Positions 28,701-40,700 of a stretch of DNA of 63,987 bases are shown in pieces. Every line of letters starts with the position of its first letter. Position 1 is the stretch's first letter. The notes below the pieces were generated by a model. That model made no database searches, was not told where the DNA came from, and saw only the letters and a program-made list of their open reading frames with translations. Origin of the DNA: Ruditapes philippinarum (lineage: Eukaryota); assembly GCF_026571515.1 (NCBI RefSeq), contig NW_026859416.1, positions 372,001-435,987 of the forward strand, read 5' to 3'. The position numbers were made by a program, and so were the translations under genes.

Positions 28701-31700
28701 GATTTTTTTTAAATAACTTGGCACAAGTGATCACCATAATGAGACAATGTACAGAGCGTAATAATTTGGTTGCTTCCCAAAATGAAGGTCACACTCACAG
28801 GTCAAATGTTAGAAAGTCTACATTTCGAGTCTGTCCATATTATAAAAACTGCTGCCATGTTTCAAAGATATCATGGCAGAAATAATCACTATTATTACTA
28901 CATTGGCAGTGCACAATTATCAAGACACAACCCTAAAGGTCAGGGTCTCACTCAAAGGTCCAATGTAAAAAACATCTATTTTTCAAGGCAACTCTATAAC
29001 TTATTGACAATTCAATGGTTATTATCACCACCACCATGACACAATCTGCAGAGTTCAACGTCCGGGTTGCTACCCCTAAGGTCAAGGTTATATGTTTTTT
29101 TTTTACTTTTTAAAGATATTTTATAACCTGGCACAACTAATCACCATCATGAGACTATGCGCTTATGATATGCATGAAATAATATTAAGATCAAGGCTGG
29201 TAAAATGTCAAAAAGTACACATTTATGTACTGCGAAAGGGGATATAGCTGTCCTTCAGACTGCCTTGTTTTAAAGTAAAACAAAATTATCATATTCAAAG
29301 GTTTAATCTCTTCATATCTCACATGATTAAATGATGTTTGTTTTTTCTTTGGAATATTTGTATAATAATTAATTATTTCTAAAGCTTTATGTCCTTATAA
29401 CGTACTTTGCTTGAGTTTTGCTATTTTTGTGCTCAAATGTGACACTTCTTAAAAGAAACTATTTTAAATTTATTCGTCAGCAATTAACAATTATTGTTCA
29501 AACAATTGATAAAAGCTCAAAAACGAGTAATTAATTTTCATTTTCAAAAACAGCCTCTTTACCGGAGTAAATATCACTGCAAATAAGTACATACCATTAC
29601 AGACAACAGACACGTCTCTATCGTGCTTGCAGATGTTTCGAAACAAATATCTACAGTCACTCAGGTTGGTATCGATACTACTGCAAAAGAATTCGTCAAC
29701 ATACACAGGACCTGTTCCTTCGCCGTGTGATGCACCGGTGAAATAGTGTGCGCCCCTAAAATTCCAGTAGTACAGGTTTTATATTTTTCGCTTTCTCAGG
29801 ACTGTGGTAATTTATATTTACAATTAAGAAACCCAAACACATTTCAATGCCTTAAAAAAGTTATTTCTCATAATGCAAAATTAAATGTTGTTCCTGTTTT
29901 ATATGTGTATCTTTTTCAATAAAATTACACAAGACTAAAGTTTTATTTTTTTAATAAAAGAAATATACAATGATATAAGTGAAACTCAATCTTCTATTTA
30001 AATATTATTGAATTACATTCTTTTATTTAATAAAAGAATATCCAATGGCAAAATATGTCAATTTTAGACACGCAATTATACTTTAGAAATTAAACTTCTT
30101 AACTCTTAAAATGATAACTTTAATTCCGTTTAGTAGTACAACACAAAAATAATATCGAACTAAGAAAGTATCTTTTGCAACGACAGTTAAAAAGCAAAAC
30201 AAATATTTACTTCAGACCAAGCATGTTGCAAAATGTATCGGCATCATTTATGTTAAAGTTAATGTCACAGATAGTACCCCATGTGTCATTGACCTTGATT
30301 TCAGCTCGTCCGTCAAACGGTTCTGTGCCATTGGCCAGTCGAACATCAGTAATATTTAGTTTTGGACCTTTATTGGAACGTAATTTTATAAACTCGTATG
30401 TCATCGTTTTGAAAATTTTAGAAGTACTTTAAGAGATACTAATAGTACAAACATATGGTGGCTGATTTGTGCCATTCGTGATTTCTCCCTGCGACCCCGC
30501 CAAACGAAAATTCCAGAATAACCAACTTAAAATGGCCGGGCGCGGGACGAAAACACGGTTATAATCGAGGGTGCGGGTGATGCTTAATATAGAGGATATT
30601 TGTTTGTTTTGCATGTAAGATTGAAATATAATTTCACTGAGTGAACACCAGACGCAATATTTTCACGAGTGGCGTAGCCACGAGTGAAAATATAATAGCT
30701 GGTGTTCACGAATGAAATATATTTCAATCTTATATGTAAAACAAATAAATTTTCATTTTATTTCATGCTTTTTAAGTGATTTTAAGGACATGGTTTAATA
30801 AATAAAACTCCACCTCGCGTCTCAGCTACTTAGCTTATTAGCGTGTTTCGCCCTGCAAACCCGCTTAGCGAAAAGTCGAGAGTTAATAAATTATCGTTGC
30901 GGAGCGCGGAGCAAAAACACGCTAATTAGCGGGGGCTCGGGCGAAGTTTAATAAATGAAACATCGCTCCTCGGGATCGCGGAACAATATTTAATAAATAA
31001 AACGGCGGGGCGTGCGTGGAGCGAAAACACGCGTATATGCGGGGTCGCGGAGCAAAGTTTAATAAATAAAACTTCGCGTGCATCCAAGCTTATTAGCTTG
31101 TTTTTCGCATCGCGACTCTACCAAGCGAACATTCTAGAATTCACAAGTCAAAATAGCGGGGCGCAGGATGAAAACACGCTAATTAGCGGGGTCGCGATTA
31201 AATAAATAAAACGTCGCCCCGCTAGGGAGAGCGAGATTAAGAATTAAAAAAGCGGGGCGCGAAGCGAAAACACGAATGGCACAAAACAGCCATCATACAA
31301 ACAGTTTAAAAATAGAAAGAATGGTATTACAAATTTACTTAACCCTTTTACTTAAAAATATCATTACGTTTCAAAACAATGTCTTCTTTTTATATTTGAA
31401 TATTTAAAAAAAGTAAAAAGATCTTTAACTCAGCAAAAGGTTTGAAATGCCTATGGTTGTCGTTATTTGTTTCGGACTGTATTCAAATGTCTTCTTGGAA
31501 GATATAGCAACTCTATGATTATAATTAACCGTATCAAATCAGGAAAAGTAATTGAGTTTTCCTCTTATCATAGCACATCACGGACACATCGTTTCTATGT
31601 TGGCATGTATGTTCCGTAACATACTGGCACTCATTTATATGTTCTTGCCCAAAATAACAATTTAATTCGTCAATGTAAACTGGTCCGCTACCCTCACCAT

Positions 31701-34700
31701 AATATGCATTGTGGTAAAAGCTGTAACTCCTTACAATACAGAATAAAGAAAATAAGTGTGTTGTTATACTTTATATTAATGGTTTGTAAAATCGAAAAAA
31801 AAAAGTTTACAGTAAAGTCATTGCGTCTTTATGTATTAACATTACGTGGAAATATGTAATTGAAATGCATAAAAGTGTCCGAGATAAAAACATAGAATAC
31901 TGTACTTACTCAAGACCAAACATTTGGCAAATGGCATCTGCTTCGTAGTCGTAAACGTATCGATCACAGATTGTTCCCCAAGTCCCATTCACGTCTATTT
32001 CAACACGACCGTGATAAGGACCTGAAGTCCCGGCCAATCTTATTCCAGAGATATTCAGTCGATGACCTAGTGTAAGATATATAATTTTAGAAAACAGTGA
32101 CTCAAAAATAGTGTGATTAATTAAACAATTTTATGACGTGACTATCTAAATAGCTTTGTGTTTTATACGGATAAATTTAATTAAAATAATATAATTTACA
32201 ACCAGATCTATCCTACTAATCGTACTGATATTTTGGGTGTTCCAATTTAGCGGCATATTTCTTTGACTACATTCTATGTTGTGAAATCGAATAGTCACTC
32301 ACTCAGTGATAACAACTTTATTTAATAAATAAATGCATTATGAGTCGTGTTATAAAAATAATGTCCAGTACATTTACTTTTCTTAACCTTTTCTATGGTT
32401 ATTTTACCTGTACATTCAACTGCAGCATAACGAACATACTCTCCTTCAAAAGGGCAAGAATATGGTATCGTGTAAGTACATTCGTTGATATGAGATTCTG
32501 TGCCTTTACACTGTGGCTGATCGATATATTCAGGATGTTTTGGAAAAGGTACGTAATACCATGAGGAAAAGGTTTTCTCAGATATAAAAGGATTTTAAAA
32601 TAAGGAAAAGATAAGGATTTCAATAGATATATACACATATATACGTTTGTTTGAACGGAAAATTGTAAACGGTTAAAAATGTTTTTTAATTAAAGAAACT
32701 ATATTATTACTATGCTTTAGGAAATCAATCAGAATTTTACTTACTGGTATCCTAACATATTGCACACAACATTTCCAGCAGCATCATCAAAGCTGGTGTA
32801 GCACATATAACCCCATTGATCATTTACTTTGAACTGTACTACTCCTTCGTATTCATTACCGTTATAGAGACGAACGTCTGTTATGTTAAGCGGAACTTCT
32901 AAAATGTAATAGAAAGGAATAACAAACATTTCAACAAAAATACTGAAAATAAAACAAAACTTGCACCTGTGCAAAACGGCGATTACTTTAAATTTTATTT
33001 TAAGTGTAGGTAAATAATTGTGTATGTTTTTCCATAGCAGAAGAGAAAAGTAAAATAAACATAGGTATGCTGATTAAACGTGCTTGTAAGTTGAACATTC
33101 TCCTCGAATGGATAATTTTGCTATTGCACAAAATATTATAGTTTACTTTACTGTTAAGTTTGCATTGATATTAAATTCAAAATTTGACGTTTAGACGACT
33201 TGCACCATGTGTTACAATTTATAGCCTTGAGTAAAAGAAGCTACTTATTCACTCAATTGCAGAATGATCATGATTTATGTAATCAATTCACTTTTACCGT
33301 ATGAAAGTTTACATATATCGTCCCTTATCCATGTTCCGTTTTCTAGGCAATGTAATGTTACTGTCTCTGGAACGTAGCCATCTAAACTTGTTGCTTTCAA
33401 TATTGTGCCATTAAATGATGATAGAATAGCGTTTCCTATATCAGGGTCTCCGCATTCTAGAAATAATCAAGTTTGTTTAACATTTTGTATGTAGGACACT
33501 ATTTTATTTTGCACATACATGTATATTTAATCAGATAAAACATGACATGGCATATTTCATAAGATAGTACACTAAGACATATGACAGTACATGCAAAGCA
33601 TATCGAATGATATGTAACTTAAAAAAATGTACCTGTACACACTAATGATAAATCACTATAATCATTGATATAATAATATCGATATGCCGGAGCAAAATAA
33701 CAGTCGTTAATATGGCTTTGATTGCTTGAGCAGTATAATCTATCAATATATTTTGGACCCGGTCCGCTTCCATATATAGCCGTTGTAAAATGCGTAGTAT
33801 ACCTACAAAAGAAAAACTTCATTATAATAATTTTATGCACAATTATTGAAAACAAAAAAATAATTTAAAGTTTCTAAAACAGTCACAAAAACTAAGTTTT
33901 ATTTATCAGAGAACGTCATCAAATATGATTCCGCCAATATTTATATCTAAGATATTTTATGTAAGATTCCAAATGCTGAATCCAAGTTACATGGTTTCAA
34001 AATAATGGTCGTTATATTGTTATGGCATCAATAGGAACTTTCCTCGAAAAGCACACTTTTAACATTAATTTTCGATGTAAAACATTGTCCTTTGGTCTAC
34101 GAGCCTTGACTTTTCGCACGACACGTTGTATCATAATGTTGGCTTTTTAGTATACATACATCATTCACGGCTTTTCATCTGCTTGATTTGAAATAAAAAC
34201 ACTTGCAAGAGAATCATCGTCTTCTGTCGGAGTACTTTCAACATTTTTCAAATATGGAACGCGTCAAATATAAAAATGTTTTGCATTTGACCTTGTCTGT
34301 TTCATAACCATTTAAAGCAGCGCACATGGTTTTTTTTGGCATGCAATACTTTTTGTTTTAACGGTCAACAATTGTGTTTAGTATTATAAAATTCTTCACA
34401 TACGCAATAGAGTACAATGTACTTACGCATAAGCAACAAAAGTGTAATTCAATAATTGTTATCGATCTTTTCCATTTATTTGTTTTTTTGCTACGATCAT
34501 TGGTGAAAAATTTAGTCGTAGTGCATGATTGTATTAACTTTTAACATTGGTATACTGGGAGCGATCATTCCCGTTTTAAAGTTACGTATAAACCTAATCT
34601 TCTTGCTCGGACAGACAAAGAGATTTAACTTTACCGAATACTACGGAGGTTTTACATATATACTTACTGTAAATTCAGCATATTGCATAGTACAGCTCCA

Positions 34701-37700
34701 CCAGATTTGTAGAAGTATCTATTAGAAATAGTTCCCCAGGTTTTATTCATTTGAATTTCAACACGACCGTCATATTGTCCTGTTCCATTTTCTAGCCGAA
34801 TATTTGTGACGTTTAAGTCATACCCTAAGATATGTGTAAGCACATAAAATAATTAAACTTGCATATTGCCTGTGACACGAGATAAATTTCTAGACTTTAG
34901 AATGAAATTTTATAACAAGAAGAAAATTATAAATATATCAGAATAGATAAATTATTTGTGTCTTTGAAATACGGGACATGACGTGAAGTGGTTGCATACT
35001 TGGTTCAAGAGAGCAAAATGGTTGCAAACTTGACCAAATGGCTACAGAGTCATGATATTTTGTCCATAATGTCCATTACTCGGTAACTGTTTTATCCAGT
35101 TTGCAACTATTTCGCTCGCTTGAACTTAGTGTTTAACCATTGCAAGTACTGATATTTGTTGATCAAAAGCAAATGAAAGAAGCAACTTACGACAAACAAC
35201 GGAAGCGTCATAAGGGTGACGACACGAGTGGTTTACTGTATATATACAGTCATTGATGTCAGTATCCGTTCTAGAACAGTTAAGGTTACTCAGATGTATA
35301 GGCCCTTGTCCAATCCCATATTCATTAGATGAACTAGAGTACCAATAAACGCCACTGAAATAAATGAGTTATGTTGTATGAATACAATACGCACATTACA
35401 TGTTATTGGAGGAAAAGTAAATTTGAGTTAAAATCTGAGGTTATGATACTGTTAAAGTCAAGAAATATACAAGTTAAATATTTATACGCCGGCAAACAGG
35501 ATTTCTAACTTCTTTTGATATTGCATAGTTACGTGTTGTGACGAGCATACATGAAATTTGTATGTACACAAAAACTGCACTGCGTGTATATTATGATCAA
35601 AAGTTTGTAGAACACGAACTATCCCCCTTCATACATTCTGTTAGTGACATTTGACCTACTGATCTTAAAATCAATAGGGGTCATCTGTGAATGATGATTA
35701 ACTTCCCTTCCAACATTTATGATCATAGGACAAAACAAAACATACTGACCATTAAAAATGGTCCAACCATCATAGGCCACTTGAAACTGACCTACTAATC
35801 TCTAAATAATAGGGGTCATATGATTATATGATTCTAAGCAATGTTTAGCCTTTTGGGTTACTATGACCATGATCTTTGACCGACTGACTTCAAAATAGAT
35901 AGGGTCATCTTCCAATGATTCACAATTTCCCTATCAAATTTCGTGATCCTGAACCAAAGCATACTCAAGTAATCATCCGGAAATGGTTTTTTTAATTCGC
36001 GTCACTGTGACGTTGACCTTTGACGTAATGACTTTAAAATATTTGGGGTCATCTGCCATAGGTTATCATCCCCCATATTAACTTTCATGATTCCAGGCCA
36101 AAGCGTTCTGAACGCAAGATTACTGTAAAATAAATTGAATGCGAAAATGTTATGACAACCCGTGTTTGCACGTAAATAATCAAACAAGATAATCTACATG
36201 GCTATACAATGTCAATGTTGTTGAATTGTGATAATATATTTTGAAAAACTAGTTTATGCTTTCTCTGAAAATCGGGACATAATGATCTTTATGATACATT
36301 AATATTTTAACAAAATATTTAAATGTGACGTATTTATACTGTTCACTCTTCAAACTGCAATATTGATATTAAAGTGTATTTAAACGCTATATTACAATGA
36401 ACGAAAGGAAGACAGATGCCTCAGCTAATGTATAAACATTATGCAAATAAATGAAGATTAAATCATCTTAATGATTTACAAAAAATCAACCAAAACAAAA
36501 TGGGTTCTCATAATATACGTCTACAAACTGCAAATTCATTTTAAACGCGACATTTAATGATTTTACTTTCATTTCCTCTCGCACACAGTCGTCCGAATAA
36601 AGCACTTTCGTTTTGTTCTCTGTGAGCGAATGGAAGGTCTTTGAACTTGTATACCGTGTAGAAATTATGCAAATAATTTGATATTAAATCATCATAATCA
36701 TTATTTTGGAAGAAGAGGTATCAATCATTTATGAAAAATACGTATTCAAACTGCAAAATTATTATAAATTATTATACATTTCAATTAAAATACTAAATTT
36801 AATATTTTATAATATTTCATATCACTGACAGTTAAATTTTAAAGTACTAATTAAAACAATAGTTTTTCCGACCTTTCTACCCTATTATTTTTCAGCATGT
36901 TACCAGAACCGTTTTGGTCTTATGACGTCGAACACACATGCCAAGTTTTCCCCATGGAATTTTATCTTATGTAAACCATATCACAAGCCGGCCACGAGGC
37001 CGGCGTGTAATAAGTAGCTATCATTCATACCTAAAATTTAGGGTTCTGCATACTGTGTGTGCTTCAGTATATGAAAATGAGTTGCCACATATCGTTCCCC
37101 ATACACTATTAACAAGAATCTCTATACGTCCATCATGGAAACCTAAACCGTTTGCTAATCTTAATCCAGATATATTTAATGGGTAACCTGTATAATATAA
37201 AAGAAGGTGTAAATTTTTACACGAAAAATATGCATATAGCATTTAAAACAAATGGCCCGATAACTTATCACCCTTTGTTATACTCTTTCATTCATACTTG
37301 ATAAACAATTTAAAGGCTAGGTTGTTAATAACTTCTTACAGAAATTGAAAATAGAAATAAATTTAAATGTGGTATTTAGATAAAGCATGTTACTGCAATG
37401 CACCGTCACTGATAAGAAATAAAATTTGCTTACCAACGACGGCCTAAAGTACAAGACATTATTATAAAAAAACGACATTTATGACTTATGTACGGAAGCG
37501 TTCTATTTCCAATGCATAATGTTCTACAAAAGAGGATTACTCCTAGGAGGAAAAAGTCTAATTAGGGGTTTATAACTCATACGCAGGCCTTTATAATTTC
37601 TACGTAAGACTTAATAAGTACTACGTAGGAGATGCAAAAAGCCAAACTAGCAGTTTATAACTCCTACATTGGACTTTATGATTCCAACGCACACGGGGGA

Positions 37701-40700
37701 GGAAGTGTTACACGAAGTATGGAGTTCTTATGATAACTAGATCAGGAGTTCTTGTGATACCTGTCACGGAGTTCGTCGGAAAACTTTTGTATATACTACA
37801 AAAACACTCGTTGAAAATGGTTCTTTTTATCTTTCAAAAATGAGTTTTAGGTGCTTAATTAAACTTTAATGATTAAGCTTGTCTTACATCTTGTATTATT
37901 TGTCAAACACTAATTCACAGGCCATTTTTCAGCGCCTCTTGCTTCAAATCTTGTCGTTTTCAGTAAAATTTTCAAATTATTTGCTAAATCACAAGTATTG
38001 ACCGGTTTATTTCTGGTCTTCATCCTTGCCATACATAATTACATAATTATAATGCAAAATTGCAAATATAAAGCACCGGCTAACAGATTTATACCCGATT
38101 TTTCAAATGTCCCGGAGTTCTTGTGATAACTCTGAAGATGTCACAGAGTTCTTATGATAACTTTTGTTATTGCCAGTTATTATAAGAACTCCATCCTTCG
38201 TGTTACACTTCCTCCCCCGTGTGCGTTGGAATCATAAAGTCTTGCATGCATAATGATTCACAGGGCAATTTTCCGGAGCTGAGACAAGACACTTCACAGT
38301 GTATTACAAATATATTTTTGAAGGGGGGGGGGGGGGTAAGATGGTAGTTAAATGCCTTGAAAGGTATTTGAAATATAGGTGGGGGTGAAGTGTATTTTCA
38401 CATCGCCGATATACCGATCCGGAAAGTTGCGATTTATGAGCTTTATGCATGATACAAATGACAGATTACTTGTACGTACCGTAGTAGTTATCAAGTCCTA
38501 CGTAAGTTATAAACTCCTAATTAGGCGTTTTTTCTACTACGTAGGAGTAATTAAGTCCCAGGTATGAGTTATAAATTCACAAATAGGCTTTTTATTTCCT
38601 ACGTTTGAGTTAAAGGTCCTGCGTAGGAGTTTTAGAGGTTTGTTAATGTTCTACGTAGAAGTAATAAAGTCCTACGTAGGCGTTTTTATTTCCTAAGTAG
38701 GAGTTATTTAGTCCTATGTAAGAGTTATTTAGTCCTACGTAGGCGTTATAAACTCATAATAAGGCTTTTATTTCCTACGTAGGAGTTATAAAGTCCTACA
38801 TAGGAGTTTAAGTGGCTGTTAAATGTTTTACGTAGGAGTTGTAAAGCCCTAAGTATAGTTATTATTTCCTATGTTCGAGTTATGAAGTCCTACGTAGGAG
38901 TTATTAATCTTATGTAGGAGTTATAAACTCCTAATCAGTATTTTTAATCCTTTGTTAGAGTTATAAAGTCATACGTAGGAGTTATAAAGTCCTGCGTAGA
39001 AGTAATGAAGTCCTATGTAGGAGATATTAAGTCCTTATTAAACGTTTTTTTATCTCCTTAGCAGTATTCATCTACATCATTAAACACAAACAGACAAAAC
39101 ACGGATCAACATTATAATTTCTAAGGCTTTATAACTTCCAAAGTAATGACATACCTGGTGATATGCAGGTTATCTTAGATACAGACCAAGTTCCATTTCT
39201 TAAGCATATAGACGTGTTTGTGTTTGAAGAATATCCAGCATTGCAAGATATGGACAACACCGTTCCACTGGCAGATATGGATTCTACCTTCCCATTCGTA
39301 ATATCTATTTCTCCACAGCCTTTCAGAAAAGAAATATATGTGTAGTTAGAGACTAACTTATAATTAATGTTTAACTATAATAGCTGTTTGGATAAGCTGA
39401 TATCCTGTATATTTTTATTGATGTTGGATTTTTTCTCTTTTAAAGGATCTCATACAACACTTGTTACATTTATTATTTGTTAACTCTGTTTTGTTTACTT
39501 TAAATTAAGATAAGCTTTTCAAAGGGTAAGCATCTGAGTTTTCAACTATAAATTATTTCTTCCAGAAATACGGTCTATTCGGTCATACAAAAATACACTA
39601 AGTAGGTCGATATCAAACCTGTGCACATGATTCCTACATCGGAGCTATGTGTGCAATGCACGTTAGGAACAAAAGAACATTGGTTTATATGATTTTCATG
39701 CCCGCCACATCTGAGCTCTTGTGCAAATATTGGACCGATGCCTTTTCCAAAATGTGCTCCGGTGAAAAATGTTGTCGCTCTGTAAATAAGTATTATTTTT
39801 AAAAGTATTCCATAAATTGATTTAAAAAATGAAATGCTTACATAAAGCTTACAAGTACTGAAAAATACACGTATGTTTTAGATTATATTTAATTGAATTG
39901 AATAATATCAATACATACGATAGTCCCATCATTCTACACAACACTCTAGCATCTCTCATATCAAACGAATTGTGACATATTGTTCCCCAAACACCATTCA
40001 CATTTACTTCCACACGACCTTCATATGTCCCGCTTCCTCCTGGTAGTCTTATACCCGTTACATTAAGCACAGAATTTCCTGAAATTAGAAATCAATATGA
40101 TTGGAAATGAAACTGATACCTTATAGGTATTCCATTATATTATAATGCTTGGAGGAAAATAAATTCATGCCAATAGTGATAACATGTATGTATACTATAC
40201 TGTAATTTAATTTAACTATTTACTGTGTTGGAGCAGTACCTATACGATTGACAGAAATGATGATCAAAGTAGAACGTTTTTTGGCGATTCTTATTTTTTC
40301 CCACTCCTTACCGTTTTTAAATAGGTGTGAAGAGTTGAATTTGCCATTTTAAAGTGCATTTTGGCGACTGTAGAACGAGATTTTAGCATTAAATATTTCA
40401 GGCGCCCGTCCGGGATGTACGGGAATACGGTATATAGTGTGGTGATCCAATACTGTAAAATAGTCTCATTGTTTGCAATGTATATTAACAACCAAAATGT
40501 TACTTGGCGATGAAAATGTTAAACCTATTTCGAACACTGGCACTTTCTTTGTATTACAATACACCTTGAGACTATCTGACAAAATTTGTATCGCATTTTC
40601 ATAAACAAAAAAAAATTTACAATAGAAATAAGTTTATAAGTTAACATGATTATATATGTGCCTTTAACCATTTTATAAATACAATGAAATACAGTGGATT

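Noticed and set aside
38470-39035. CRISPR-like regularly recurring palindromic unit
   Set aside because: Units are adjacent with no unique spacers, the context is eukaryotic, and no cas genes are present.
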